64,000 bases of DNA. It comes from Selaginella moellendorffii. Lineage: Eukaryota > Plantae > Lycopodiophyta. Each line of letters begins with the position of its first letter. The first letter of the stretch is position 1. The position numbers and the translations under genes are program-made. The notes below the pieces were generated by a model, which searched no databases, was not told the origin of the DNA, and saw only the letters and a list, made by a program, of their open reading frames with translations. The DNA lies in NCBI RefSeq assembly GCF_000143415.4, contig NW_003314262.1, forward strand, positions 5,096,397 through 5,160,396, written 5' to 3'. This document shows, piece by piece, positions 12,151 through 25,408 of this stretch.

Positions 12151-14560
12151 TAAATTTACAAATTAGAAAGGAAAAATTTATAACTTACAGCTATGCTATA
12201 TTTTGGGAGTATGGCAATTTGAAGGTTATGCCCCATACATATATGGTATACCCCATGAAAAAATATTATATACATAATCATATTTTGATTGCTTATATAG
12301 CAATTTCAATTGATAGTATACATAATAATTTTGCATGCAACTTAAAAATAATTTATATAATACTCCATAGGTAATTACATAATTATGACCATAAATAAAA
12401 CTCTAAAAAATTATAGTAATAAGATAATTGATTATTTCTCATAATAAAATTTAAAAAAATGCATTAATAATTCTTAAATTTCACATGTAGTATATATATG
12501 TTGAAATTGATTAAACATTTCTTTTATAGTTTTAGTGTTATGTAGCACTCTTTATTACTCAAATCATGTTATTATTTACCTTTGTACTTTCTTTAATTTT
12601 ATGTAAAAATAATTAGAAAATTATATAGTAACTTATCCACACATAAATTTATTTTAAAAATTAAATTTATAATTTTTATTTGTAAAAATATTAAAATAAA
12701 TTAAATATTTTAAAAAGTTTAAGTTAAAATAAGCTTTTTTTTATTCAACCTTAATAGAATTTCACACATAACTCTTAATTTATATTTTTTAATCTTCACA
12801 AACAATCATCATACAATGAGATATTTCCCCACTGTAAGTGGGTATAAACTTTTGATTAAAATTTCTTAGTTACTTTAATATGATATATAAATACAACACT
12901 CACTTTTCAAATTCTTTAAGTTTTTTCTTAACTTCTTTGATATGAATGAGTTTTAGAATAACATAATCATAGTTTATAACTTTTGGTAGGAACAAGAAAA
13001 TATTGTTTTTTTAATAAAAAAAATATTTTAGCCTTTAGCAAATACTACATTGTGTAATTCATTGTCAAATATAGTAATATAAGAGGATTTTGTGAATGAA
13101 CATTGTTTCATATTTGTTATTTATTTCTGAAATTGTTGGAGCCATAATTGTTAAACTTATATTATATTATACGACACACATTGATTTTAATATAAAAATA
13201 GAAAATTCATGCAATAAGAATATTGGTCATATATAGTCATATTTTAAAAAATGCTTTTATGTGCCATAAATTCCTTACACATAATTGTATTGTAATTGTA
13301 ATACTTGATATCAAAACCAAATTCACTTTGTATTAGTTGGATATAATATCAAAGTTGTGTAGTTGATGAGACTAACAAAATTTAGCAGCTTCATATGGGT
13401 AATTTCTAAAATTTAAAAGCAATGGCTGGACATCCAAACTACTATGGCAGGGTGATGTAATTAATATTCAAGTCTCTTCATAATTTTTATGGTATGTTAT
13501 TGACTCCTTAATTACAAAATTCTGCTCATCATAATCAAGATTCTCACAAAGTTGTAATTTCATGTTAACTTTCAATATCCAAACATAAAACTAGGGAAAG
13601 CATCACAAAGTTGACTTTATCATATATAATTTCTATTTCCAGCTAGCATTATTGTGTTATTCTAATGTGAATATATCCCATTAGGTATAGCATTAAAATA
13701 TTATATTGTCAAAGCTATCACTATAAATGTTTTTTGTTGTAATAATTGTTATAATTGTTTTCATTTCTTCCCATAAACAAATTCATATCCTAGGAGACTT
13801 ATGTAGATTTCTCTAGTGCTTTTAAACTTTTAACTAATCTTTATGTTTATGTTTGATTATATTGTGTATATTATTATAGTTGAATTTTGATATTGATCTA
13901 TCAAAAAAGCTAATAAATACATTTATAATGTGAAATACTTAGCTTTGGTTTATTTTTATGATAATTGTTATTTTTATTAGTTCAATAAAATTAATATTAC
14001 AAAATGTTTTTATAACTAAAATTATCAAAGTAACCTAACTCTAATATTATACTATTTAAATATTTGTATCCTTAACCTGGAGCAAATGTATGATAACAAA
14101 CAATAGTTCTTGCTCAAGGTCAAGGAAAAGGACCTTTTGGACATGCCTTGCTATACTTACTTTGTGTGGATTGGATGCTTTGGAAATCGTGTGGGCAATG
14201 GGGTGGTACTATGACAACCATGTAGATATGTTTATTAATTTCAAGCAATTCAATTTTGCTGCTGTCCCCTCTAGAGACCAAGTTCAAGAAACTGGCTAGG
14301 CATGCTCTTGGATGCTATTACATGCTTGGCAAATGCAAGTGCCCTGCTCTAGCTCTAGGTCACAACATTCTATGTTTCATGCACATTAGCTACAATCGTG
14401 CACACAGGAGGAGTGAAAAGCTAAGATTACAAAAAAGATTAGATTAAACCAATAAAAATACATGCTTTTCTATGGAAATAGAATACAGAAACATTTAACT
14501 CAAAAACTCTAATTTATATAAAAGCATAATTCAATATTTATTAAAATCCCACTACTCTAA

Positions 14561-15921
14561 TCTATATATATAAAGCGATAGTGGGGAGGCCTGGATTCTA
14601 GGCCCAGGCTGGGGTTGGTAGCCATGGTTTTTGTAAAAGGTTTGCACTAGCCAATTAGAGGTTGGCACACTTTGGCTAACAATTGGCTAGTGCAAAAAAA
14701 AGAGAAATGTGACACGTGTTGCATCCCCCTTAACTCAATGCAATTTATAGTGGAGCTCCCTTGCTTCAGGGTGCTTGCATTGCACCAGGCTATGCCGTAC
14801 CTCCATATCTCCTGGAAAAATTTTCACCCCTACCTGCTCTATCCTATGGCACTGTAGGCCACAATAATAAAGAAGAATGTAAATCCAAGTTTGCAAAAGA
14901 TCTCCACCACCTTGGCTACATTGTCTTTGGTAGTTATAGCCTACTATCATTGTGTTCCATAAAACCGTCCTTGGATATCATGGGGAAATAAAAAATGTGC
15001 TGAGCAGTGGCTATAATTCCACACTTGCCATAAGCATTTGTGACACTGCTCCCTCTTGTGGATCCTAGCATTGAATTCCCTTCCAGTTCTAAATCCACCA
15101 AAGTCTCACAAGCCATCAGTAGCACTGCTGCAAATATTGGAAGTGTTTCTTCCAGCCTTATGCATTCAAAAACTTTAAAACCATCTTGCTCTCCCCTATC
15201 TTAGTGTATCCCAGTACAGTATGATACAGTATGATGCTTCATCCAATTGAACACTACTTGAGGGTCTAGCATGCTCTTACACTTTGTGGAAGTGTCAACC
15301 AGGGTGTTGGACCCTCAGGGATCAAAGCCCACTAGCCAATTAGTGATCATGGAGAGCAAATTCCAAGCCATAATGCTTTTGGCTACCATGGAATCAGAGT
15401 TATGCTGACTTTCTTAATTGTGAAATTATCATAGCTTATAAGCTCACTTTCTTAAAGTGAGCTAACATTGAACTCTGGAGGCTCTTGACAGGATGGAGGA
15501 TTAGATGTTTTTCTCCTGCCTAGGATACAGCAAGCAAGCAAGTTTAAAGCAAATTGTCTAGCAATCATCAGATCAGCATTGACATGGTTGCCAACAGTAG
15601 CTATAGCTACATGGCAACAACTTACATGAGCGACAGCCAAAGGTATGTGTTATTTTCTTCTCCCTACCAAAGAAATTTTAGGCTACTAGGTGGGCTCAAC
15701 AATAAATCCTTGAATCATTTACTAACTATGATAGGTTGTCCAAGAGAACTTTAGCTTCAAGACTTTTTTTGTAAAGTTCTTTCTTCTATATTTTGAGAGC
15801 TATCTTTAAACACTTTAGCAATTTAGGAGTTAATAAAGCAGCAAACATAGCGAAGCTCAGCAAATCTCTTGAAATGGCATGAAATTTGCCAACCACCCAG
15901 CATTTGCTGGGCAATTGCTAG
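14561..15921 (+). mobile_element. Non-autonomous Helitron (about 1.36 kb) with a captured PPR fragment
   Basis: 5' A|TCTATATATATAAAG (alternative start 14547). 3' hairpin CCCAGCA-TT-TGCTGGG at 15896-15911 followed by CTAG|T at 15918-15922. Inserted at an AT dinucleotide with no TSD. Confidence 0.75.
14735..15200 (-). pseudogene. PPR (PLS-type) gene fragment, frameshifted
   Basis: LLMACETLVDLELEG...SVTNAYGKCGIIATAQHIF and MIVGY resemble L/S/P motif segments. Confidence 0.6.
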
Positions 15922-16075
15922 TATTAATATATGGCATCATAGTGAGCCTCATAAAGCTTTATTTTTTACAGGTTTGTTAATGGAAATGTTTTATTTGAAA
16001 CAATGTCGTAATAATTTTAATAAAGTAATTTAAATTAAAGCACGGTTTAGGGCTTATCGTGGAGATTTTAGGGCA

Positions 16076-19000
16076 ATGGGGGGCGAGGCGCGAGGCGACC
16101 AGGACGAAGCGGAGGACGAGGACGAGGAAGACGATGTCGATTTTGATCCTTCGCTGCCAGGTATTGCGTCCGGTGTGGCCGGCAGTGAAGAAGAAGGATG
16201 TGTCGTGGTGGATCACGATAATGCGGATGACAAGGAGGAAGATCAGGGGTTTCTCGAGTTGGGAAGCGACGAGGAGGCGATTCTCGACTACCTGAGCGAT
16301 GCCGAATGCTCGTCGCCGCACGAGGATGAACTCATGGGCAATGCGCTGGAGGCTCTTCCCGAGCTCCACAGCCCGGCTCACGAGGAGAACAAGTACGCGC
16401 TCGAGAGCGGGGTGGCATCTACCAGCGCCGAGGACGAAGAGACCGTAATGGATGCTATATCGAAGCGAACGCGAGCTCACTACTCGCTGGCGGACATGAC
16501 AATGGATCAGCTGGAGACTTTCTTGCAAGAGTCGGACGAGGACGACTACTTCCACAATGTGGATGACGAGGAGGAGTACCGGAAGTTCCTTGCGGCAGTG
16601 GCCCAGCCAGACGAGGGAGAAGGGACGCAGGTTGTCAAGGACGACGAAGATGAAGATGATGAGGACTTTGAGCTTGAGATCGAGGAGATGCTGGAGAGTG
16701 ATACCGAGCAGTCTCAAAAGGATAAGCTTGTGGAAAGAAGGCCAGAAACGAGGGAGAAGAGACGCGAAAAGATGCGAAACAGGGAGCGGCCTCTCGGTTT
16801 CACCAAGAACCCGCTAAGGCCGCTGGTTCCTTACCATGTTGTTTCTTCGGACGTGGCTGGGGAGAGCTCGAGCGCCCGGCGGCCCGAAAGCTGCTTCTCA
16901 GCCGCTCAGATCGGACAACTCCACTCCCTTATTCACGAGCATGTCCAGCTGCTGGTTCAAGTATTCTCGCTATGCATATTGGAACCATCTCGGCAGCAAG
17001 TAGCGATCGATACCCATCGAATGCTGATGGAGCTTGTCAACAGGCGCTCCGCTTCGTTTCGCAAGCTTCCGTTCCCGGACTTTTGTTTCCATCCTCCTTT
17101 TATTCGCCCGTCTGTGGACGATCGACAGCTGGAAGAGCAGAGCATCACAGGAGTGAGAGTTTGGTGTCCTTTTATTGCTGGGCCAGTTCACTCGGTACTC
17201 TCTGTTGCTCCGCTTGATCACGTCAAAGAGTTTCTGGACGAAGTTGCAGTCGGTAAGTCGTTTCTGCAAATTCAAAAATCGATTCTAACCTTTCTTATCG
17301 ATCAGCTGTTCAGGAATTTAGGCAGCGGCACGTCCAAACAGGCGCTTCTAACACCCGTTGTGTTAGAGAGCCGTTGTTTCCACTCCCTGATAATTTGCAA
17401 CCGAAAAACAGTTCAAGGCCTTCAAATCAGTCTCAAGTGAAGAAGTCACTGGCGGCACTACTTGTCGAGAACACTAAAAAGCAGGTTATTGCTCTAGTTC
17501 CTAAAGGCATTGTGGCAGCTGCTCAAAGGTTTCTTCCGTTCTTTAATCCTGCTCTGTATCCTCATAAGCCGCCACCTGCTGCAACGGCCAACCGTTTGCT
17601 CTTCACGGACGCAGAAGACGAGTTAGTGTTTTCTTGGTTGAAGTATTTGGTCGGACTAACAACTCTCTGTTTTGCTGTTTCAAGACTACTTGCTATGGGG
17701 CTTATGGCTTTCAACACTGATTGGAATGCCATACAGCAACGTTTTCTTCCTACGAAGACCAATCACCAGGTCTGCTCATGTGCATTGTTTCCTTTTTAAC
17801 TTAAAAAGATCTTACAGATTTTTGTAAGACAAAAAAATCGGAGCTCATCGAGAGCTCCAGAAAACTCTATCAAGGTATGGTTTTCATTGAGCTTAATAAA
17901 GGCAAGCTGATTTTTTTTCAGGCCGTTAGGAGGATGAAAAATTCTTCGCTAACAGTAGAAGAGAAAGAGACTATCCAGGAGGTGAGGGTGGACTACCATC
18001 TTTCTTCATGGCATTGACGTAGTTTAATGCTTTAGGCCTTAAAATGTTTTAAGTACGACTGGAATAAGGTGTGGCAACATGCTGTTCCTCATCGCGATCC
18101 TGCTCTTTTGCCGCGCCAATGGCGAACAGCAATCGGGACGCAGAAGTCCTACAAAAGCGATGAAGCATCTAAAACCAAACGGCGGCTACATGAAGCGAGC
18201 AAGCGTCGAATGAGAGCGTTGCAAAAGAACGCAGCAGAATCGCAAGAGGTACTTTCTTCCATGTACATATTAAGCTTGTCTTGAATCTATGAAGGCTTTC
18301 AGGATGGAACGGATGCACTTGGGGAGGTTACTAACAGTGACGACGATGGTGGAGATTGCGATGACACTCATATTCATCAAGCTTTTATATACGACTGGAG
18401 AGTGGATGCGAGAGTGATAGATAGTCCGGCAACACAAGGCCATTCTGGTGACGCAGCAGTGCATCCTTTACTGACAGGAACAGGGACTCCATCTGGTGGC
18501 TGCAGTTCGAGGAAGCGGTCCCGAGCACAGACCATCAGACTTGCTCCTGGACTTCCATCACTTAATCTTCCTCCTCACGTAAGGGTGATATCTCGGTCAA
18601 GTATGCATTCGGATGCACAACCGGGAAATTCTCGAGCAGGCCAACATACAAACAGTATTCATCCCCTTCTACTTCAGCCGACCGAGAAGCAGTTACCAGC
18701 TGCCATCAGGCCTTTTCCAAGCTACCCCCAAACGGCTTTCCATCCTTTTTTTGGAGCAAAGTCGTCTGGATCATCAGAAAGCGGAAGTGCGTCTCAGGCG
18801 ATTAACGTTCATCCTCTTCTACGACAACCTCACGTACCACCAAGGGCCAGAGATAAAAGTGGTGAGATTCTCAACAACGATCTCGGCCAGGGAAAACAGT
18901 CGGGTGCTAGGATGGAGAAGGTTGACAGCTGCTTGGATAAGGAGAACAGCAAAGACATTTTCATGAACCAGGAAGAACTTAGCGACTCGAAAGACGAGAC

Positions 19001-19996
19001 TGAGGACTGCCGGGTGCAATTTGAATGCGAGGAAATGGGCGATTCGGACAAAGAGTGCTCCGAAGCTGTGGAAGAAAAGGTGCGTGTTATCTTTCAAGTT
19101 TAGTTTTCTCATCTGTTTTCATCCATGGTAAATGTAGCAGAAAGAAGAGATCGAGTTTGAGGTGGAAGATATTGACAGTGAATCTGAAAGCATGAGCGAA
19201 CCAGCTCGAGCGAAAGAATCGTCGTCTTCTGCTGCTACGAATGTGGTGCATGAGGCCGCAGTTCCGAAACTTCATTTCTTAAGGCAATTTGGCAAAGACA
19301 ATGGTAAGGCACTCTGATCATTACTTTCGCTTAACGCTTTCTATGATGTGCAGAGATCGACACGACTGCTATGGAGGCGGCACATGTTTTAGCGGTGATC
19401 CACCAAAATGCTCCCGAATTCAGGAAACCTTTTTGACGAGTAAGACGCGTCGACAGCTGTACGTGTGCTCGGCATTAAGGTACTTCTCGCTTATGTACGA
19501 CATTTTTTTTAGAATGTATATATAGCTACTGAGCTCGAGAGACGTGTCTGTGATCGGTCTTACGCCGTATACGCGGTTTGCAGGCAACATATGCCAAAAT
19601 CTCTTGGCACGTCGTTTTACATTTCTGGTGCCAGTTTTCTAATATGTCTGTTTTCCGCCTCAGAAGAAGAAAAACTAGCGTCTGGAAGATTATGGACTTG
19701 GTTCTTCTACTTCTTCTTCGCCGTCGTCTTACCTTCCCGTCGTCTTCAACTTTTGTAAGCTTGGCAGTTTCTACCAGTAAAGGGCTTGCATGTTACTAAT
19801 ACTGTGCATTCTGCTAACTTTTTTCTCTATAAGACAATCGAAGTGTTCACACCTGATGCGGTGATGGTATGCTTTCGTTCGCTTTGAACTAAACTGACAG
19901 GTTACTTGATCAAATGCAGCGCAGAGGCATTGCTTTTAACAAGGAGACCATTGTTATCGAATCTCCTGCAGCAAGTTCTTCCACACGACAGTTTTA
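16076..19996 (+). CDS. DUO3: DUO POLLEN 3-like / GON4L-related homeodomain-Myb-like protein, multi-exon; 3' exons and stop uncertain
   Basis: Acidic N-terminus, DAISKRTRAHYSL...LETFLQESDEDDYFHNVDDEEEYRKFLAAV, LLFTDAEDE|LLAMGLMAFNTDWNAIQQRFLP, IFVRQKNRSSSRAPENSIK, PHRDPALLPRQWRTAIGTQKSY. First intron 17253-17305 is GT-AG and restores the frame. Confidence 0.85.
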
Positions 19997-20653
19997 AAAA
20001 AGGTGAATAACTGATTAAAAAATTGGATCTTATTTCTGCGTTTTTCACTTACGCTTCTAGAGATTCTGCTGGACCACTCTAGTGTTGAAGAAGTAAGTTG
20101 CCAAGTAAAACTGTCCAGCTTGAGCACGTGATTGGTCGTATCGCTGCCGCTTGGCCAAGACAAAAATGCGTCACTCTCAGTCTATCATCAGGTACAAGAG
20201 TTTCCAAATAATTTCTGCTTTTTATATCGTCGTTGATAGGTGTAAAAGCTCGGGAGTCGCAATCGCGAGATTAGAAAACATCCTTTTGCTCCCGAGAGAA
20301 TTGAACACTGGACGGTATTCCTTTGTACGTGTCCCTCTTCGACGCTCTGCTGCTTTCCTGCGCGTGTTGATTGCTGCGTCTTCCTAGATAAAGAAACAAG
20401 ATAGAACGAGATGAACTTGAGCCCATTAGTGTTGGGTCCTTCTCTCTGCTTCTTCCAGAGATTTCGATTTCGTGCATTTCTCTTTTGCATTTAATAGCGC
20501 ACTGCTGAGATTCGCGCTGCTCTGTCTGAAAGCTCTAGAACAGATCAAAGATTTCCTGGAAGCGTGAAGAACTTGCTAGAACTAGAAAAGGAGCACTGGC
20601 TTGTGGCTTTTAGGCGGTCGTTTCTTCTCCAGCAAAAAATGCAGAGCTGAATC

Positions 20654-22022
20654 ATGGATGCTCTTGGTCACAAGGCGTGCAATTTTGCGGACGTCGAATA
20701 CTTTTGTCAGGTATGGCTGAATGGTTCTTGAAAACAAGCGTGGTTTTCTTCTCTCTTTTTTCGCAGGAGCTGCCGCATTACAGCGATTGGGAATCAAATT
20801 CATTTCTTCCCTTGAATTTTCCGGATCCTTCCTCCGTTCCAACTCTTTGTCACAATTTGGCCAGTTCTCTTCCACATTGCAGCAGCAGCAGCAGCAGCCT
20901 TGTCTTGGCCAACCAGGAACTCTTGAGGTCTGAAGTTCCCAACGGTTTCCAGGATTTGGGATTTTTTGGTAGTTTTTTAACGACTATAGGCTCCGAGGCT
21001 AATCACTTCACAGGAGCCACTAGCAACCACTTGACAACGCCCTCTGGGAACTGTTGGAACGCATGCGCCGCACAGCTCCCTTATGAAACGGCGAGCAGCT
21101 CAATCTCATCTGAAGGACTTGTTCTAGATCCGGATTCTTCCGATGGCAACTTACCAAGACAACGTGAAGCAGCCGGTGAAGCTGACGATTCGTATAAGAA
21201 GCTGTCAACAAATGCAGAAGAACAGGCTGTAAGCAGTGTCCTCGAACGCAAAGACGTCTTAGATGGCGGCGCCGCCGAGTTTACCGAAAGGGACAATACC
21301 GGGTACAAGACAACAGGATTCCACGGAGGGAAGAGAGGACTACCCGCGAAGAACCTCATGGCGGAACGAAGACGGAGGAAGAAACTCAACGATAGGCTCT
21401 ACACACTCCGCTCGATTGTTCCCAAGATCAGCAAGGTAAAGTCAGTCAGCCTTTCGTTTTTCTTTCATTATCTCAGTTTCGTGGGTGTAACAGATGGATC
21501 GGACCTCAATCCTGGGGGATGCCATTGACTATCTGAAGGAACTGCAGCAGAGAATAGAGACCGTCTACACCGATCTCCAAAGTCCCGTTATGAGCTTTGC
21601 AAGCAAGCAGAAGCTTTTGTTCGAGGAAGAGCTTCAAACCAGCGTGACGTTTCCAATGGAGGTAAGCAAACTTTTTTCTTCCATGGATTTATAGTGTTGG
21701 GAACCCCAGGTTGACGTTCAGACGAGCGGTGCCAATGCTATAAGCATACACATGTTTTGTGAGCAACGGCCTGGTCTGTTGCTGTCCACAATGCGCGCTC
21801 TCGATGGACTGGGAGTCGACGTGCAAGAGGCCGACATCAAGTTCACGAATGGCTTCCAACTGGAAATTTATGCCGAGGTGATGAAACCGCAACTTTTCTA
21901 ATATTTCTGATGTTCTCTCTTCTGGCTTGCAGCAATCAACGAAAAAACTAGCTAGCCCCGAAGAGATCAAAGCTGTGCTAATGCACACTGCGGGCTACTT
22001 CAATCCAGTGATGCCGTGCTAG
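20654..22022 (+). CDS. ICE1: ICE1/SCREAM-like bHLH transcription factor with C-terminal ACT-like domain, 5 exons
   Basis: [33 protein letters not shown]|[21 protein letters not shown] and [31 protein letters not shown]...[13 protein letters not shown]. Exons about 20654-20710, 20767-21435, 21494-21661, 21695 or 21710-21877, 21933-22022. Confidence 0.9.
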
Positions 22023-22191
22023 CTTTGCACTTCTAACATATAAAACCAAAACCCAAGGTAACATCTCAATACAATTCTAATGCTTGTTTATTCTAGTTTA
22101 CTAGAGCTCGAAATCTAGCCAGCAAGCAAGAAAGTATTCAAGTTTCGGAGCTTTCTTTCTCGAAAAGCTTGCAAACTTTCTTCTCGATCAC

Positions 22192-23420
22192 TCAGAGCTC
22201 GGAGCACGTCGCTGGCGCAAACGAGATGGTGGAACCCGGGTTGTCGAAAAGAATGTGATAGTCGCGTTGCATCAGACTGCCAATGACGCTCACATCTCCC
22301 GGATCACGCATCGCAGTGGCCACACAAGCCCAGCCGGATCCATTCGACAAGATGTAGTTCTTTTGGCTGAGAACCATCCGAGCGCTCTCAGGGTGGAGCT
22401 CCATGGATGGAAACTTGTAGCTCGGATCCAGCGCCGTGCTGTAGCACAGCTCCAAGTTCTAGGCAGCGAGACCTGAGGATAGAAGGCATTCTGGTAATGG
22501 AGATCGGAAGATACGTGGAAAGAGTGGCCGAGTCGAACATCACGGCATGGCCACCATCCCCCCCGAGCTCACAGCGTCAGAGTCGTTTCGAGCGATGGCG
22601 ATGACGCTGAATCCAACCGTGATCGCGCGGAGCTCGGCGAAGTAGTAGTGCCCATGGCCGGGGCTCGACAGCATTGGAATCGTCTGGACGCCCTCGCCGG
22701 GGATGCGAGCACGGCCCAGGAAGAGCATAGACGAGAGACAGTAGGAGAACTTGTTCTCCGTGATCTCGGAGTAGTACGAGTGGCGGGAATTGTGAGCTGC
22801 GACACCAGCGAGAGCGCGCCTCGCCCCAGCCCGATCACTCCCGAGAGACCTTCGGTTTTTCTCTCGCAGCCAAAGAGGGTGTCGGGGACGGGGATCCTTT
22901 CCGTCCAGCGACCTCTGGCGTAAACGAGGGTGACGGTCTCGGTGGCGAGGCGGCCACCGCGCCCGGCGTGGCCGATCGCGCTGGAGGGATAGTAGATGCA
23001 AGTGTTGCTGCCATCGGAGCAATGAGAAGGCGTGAGGCGGCAGCGCGAGTCACTGCAGCTTACGTTCTTGAAGCTGGAAGATCGTTCCTCGACCTGCGCC
23101 CACACGAGATCCAGCGCCGTGTCGATGATCGCTAGGATCTCTTGCTCGGGCGTTCCGAGGTGGAAGATCGTCCAGCAGCTTTCGTCCCAGGTGGACAGGG
23201 AGAAATTGGCAGGGCGCGAGCTCGAGGAGGATGATGATGATGATGATGATGATGATCCGGACAAGAACTTGACGCGCGAGTGGCTGCTCTGGATGGACGA
23301 TGCCAATTCCCGAGATGGTCGCTTGCGTAGCTCGACTCGGATGCCTTCGATCGAGTCTAGGCGAGCAGCAGCGACGAGGAAGAGTGCTGTGGAAGTGATC
23401 GTCAAAACAGGGGACACCAT
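22192..23420 (-). pseudogene. A1 (nepenthesin/xylanase-inhibitor-like) aspartic protease, frameshifted
   Basis: Signal peptide, LGTPEQEILAIIDTALDLVW, FGC, GVIGLGRGALSLVSQL, KFSYCL and VIGSLMQRDYHILFD...ISFAPATC are spread over several reading frames without evident introns. Catalytic motifs read DTA and DSA. Confidence 0.8.
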
Positions 23421-23731
23421 TTGGGATGTGTTCTTGGATCCGGAGAGCTCTTCCAAGAGAGATCGTTGATCAAAATTCTCGACTTCTACGCGCAATTTCC
23501 TTGATATATAGCATGGATTCGTCGTGTGAGCATGCCAAGAATATGCATTCGCTAAGGACAACGCATTTTTGCCTTGAGTTGCAAAGATTCCTCTGCTGTG
23601 AGATCGATTCTAGGAATCCGCAGTGGCGGAATTTCTTTCCCGCTCTAAAACCCTAGCTAGTGATTCGCGCCATCTCTCAAGCCCTAACCAGTGAGGGAGA
23701 AGGGGGAATATCCCCTTCTCCCAATCTCCGT

Positions 23732-25408
23732 ATGAGCCTAGCTAGAAGGGCAAGATCGGTGGTCACTTCCTTCGTCTATACCCTAGGGTTCTCGGTGGCG
23801 ATCGATCAGCTCCTGTGCGGGCGCGTCCAGGTCGATAAGGCCGATCTCCTCTACCTCATCAAGCAATGCGGCTACGAGCGCGCGCTGGGCAGCGGCCAGC
23901 GCCTCGCCGCCTACATCGATCGCGGCCTCTACCGCAGCGACCGGTACGTGCTCAATCTCCTGGTGGACATGTATGGCAAGTGCTGCCAGATCCGCGACGC
24001 GCGCCTCGTCTTCGATCGCATCGCGCCCAAGAACGAGTTCTCCTGGACCCAGATCGTCAAGGCGTATGCCCACAATGGGCATTTGCTCGAGGCCATACTG
24101 TTCTTCCGCAAGTCCCTCCTGGAAGGCATGGATCCCTCCGACTACGCTTGCAGCATCGTTATCGGCGTGTGCTGCAGCCTGGGATCGCTCCAGGATGGGC
24201 GATTCGTGCACGCGGTGGTGAGAGATCGAGGCTACGAATCCGATCCCCACGTCGCGGCGGGATTGATCCACATGTATAGCAGCTGTGGATGCATGGACGA
24301 GGCGAGCACAGCCTTCCGGAGGACGAGCCACCGGGATCGATTCATCTACACGGCGATGATCGGTGGATTCGCGCAGGCCGGGCAGTGCCGCGAGGCGGTC
24401 GTCCTCTTCCGGGAGATGGATCTGGATGGGATCACCGGCGACAACATCACGTTCGTGAGCGCGATCGGGGCTTTCCAGGACTTGGGCGATCCGCGGCAGT
24501 GCCGGGCGATCCACGAGTGCGCTGCGCAGGCCGGGGTGGAGTCGGACTGCCTCGTCCAGACGGCGCTGCTCAACATGTACTCGCAGTGTGGATTCGCGGA
24601 GGAGGCGCTCCAGGTCTTCGGGGAGATGGCGGAGAGAGACAGGGTGGCGTGGAGCTCCACCATCGCGGCGTGCGCTCGCCACGGCTATGGACGCCAGGCC
24701 ATGGAGCTCTTCCGCCGGATGGAGCTCGAGGGGATCAAGCCCGACATCGTGGTGCTCTCCAGCCTCCTGGACGCGTGCTCCAGCGTCGAGGCGCTGGCCG
24801 AGGGGGCGATGATCCACGCCAGGATCATCGCCGGGGGCTTCCACCGCGACCGCATCCTCGACGCCGCCATCCTCAACATGTACGCCAAGTGTGGCAGCGC
24901 CGCCAGCGCCAGGCGCGCCTTCGACGAGCAGTCCCCGGACGATCCAGTCTCGTGGAACGTGATGATCGGGGCGTGCGCAAAGGCGGGCCTGGATCTCGAG
25001 GCGATCGAGAGCTACCGGCAGATGCAAGCGCTCGGGATAGATCCCACGCCCGTCACCTTCATCACTGTTCTAGCGGCGTGCAGCCACTCCGGCTTCCTGG
25101 CCGAGGCCAGGATCCAGTTCCTGTCGATGATCCAGGACTTTGGGATCGCTCCCGACGTGGATTGCTACTGCTGCCTGGTGGATCTGCTGGCCAGGACGGG
25201 GGATCTGGAGGCCGGGGAGGAGCTCATGCTCAGCATGCCGTTTGAGCCGTTTGAGGCCGGGTGGACGAGCTTGCTGAGCGCTTGCGGCGTCCATGGTGAT
25301 CGAGGCCGAGCCACGCGTATCGCTGGAGCTGGAGCGAGCATCGCCCCCGAGACGTCTGCGCATTACGTGCTCCTCTCCAACATGAAGAGGGAGGAAGAAT
25401 GTCTATAA
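23732..25408 (+). CDS. PLS-class pentatricopeptide repeat protein with E domain, no DYW (organellar RNA editing factor candidate), intronless
   Basis: Repeated LVDMYGKC/LLNMYSQCG, VSWNVMIGACA and FITVLAACSHSG motifs, then CLVDLLARTG...MPFEP...WTSLLSACGVHGD...YVLLSN. Confidence 0.93.
   Translation: MSLARRARSVVTSFVYTLGFSVAIDQLLCGRVQVDKADLLYLIKQCGYERALGSGQRLAAYIDRGLYRSDRYVLNLLVDMYGKCCQIRDARLVFDRIAPKNEFSWTQIVKAYAHNGHLLEAILFFRKSLLEGMDPSDYACSIVIGVCCSLGSLQDGRFVHAVVRDRGYESDPHVAAGLIHMYSSCGCMDEASTAFRRTSHRDRFIYTAMIGGFAQAGQCREAVVLFREMDLDGITGDNITFVSAIGAFQDLGDPRQCRAIHECAAQAGVESDCLVQTALLNMYSQCGFAEEALQVFGEMAERDRVAWSSTIAACARHGYGRQAMELFRRMELEGIKPDIVVLSSLLDACSSVEALAEGAMIHARIIAGGFHRDRILDAAILNMYAKCGSAASARRAFDEQSPDDPVSWNVMIGACAKAGLDLEAIESYRQMQALGIDPTPVTFITVLAACSHSGFLAEARIQFLSMIQDFGIAPDVDCYCCLVDLLARTGDLEAGEELMLSMPFEPFEAGWTSLLSACGVHGDRGRATRIAGAGASIAPETSAHYVLLSNMKREEECL

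Noticed and set aside
12150-14080. Very AT-rich tract as a possible MITE or organellar insertion
   Set aside because: No terminal inverted repeats or coding similarity recognisable by eye.
23783-25245. Long antisense and alternative-frame ORFs over the PPR gene (similarly over GALS and DUO3)
   Set aside because: Shadow ORFs of GC-rich coding sequence with no recognisable motifs.
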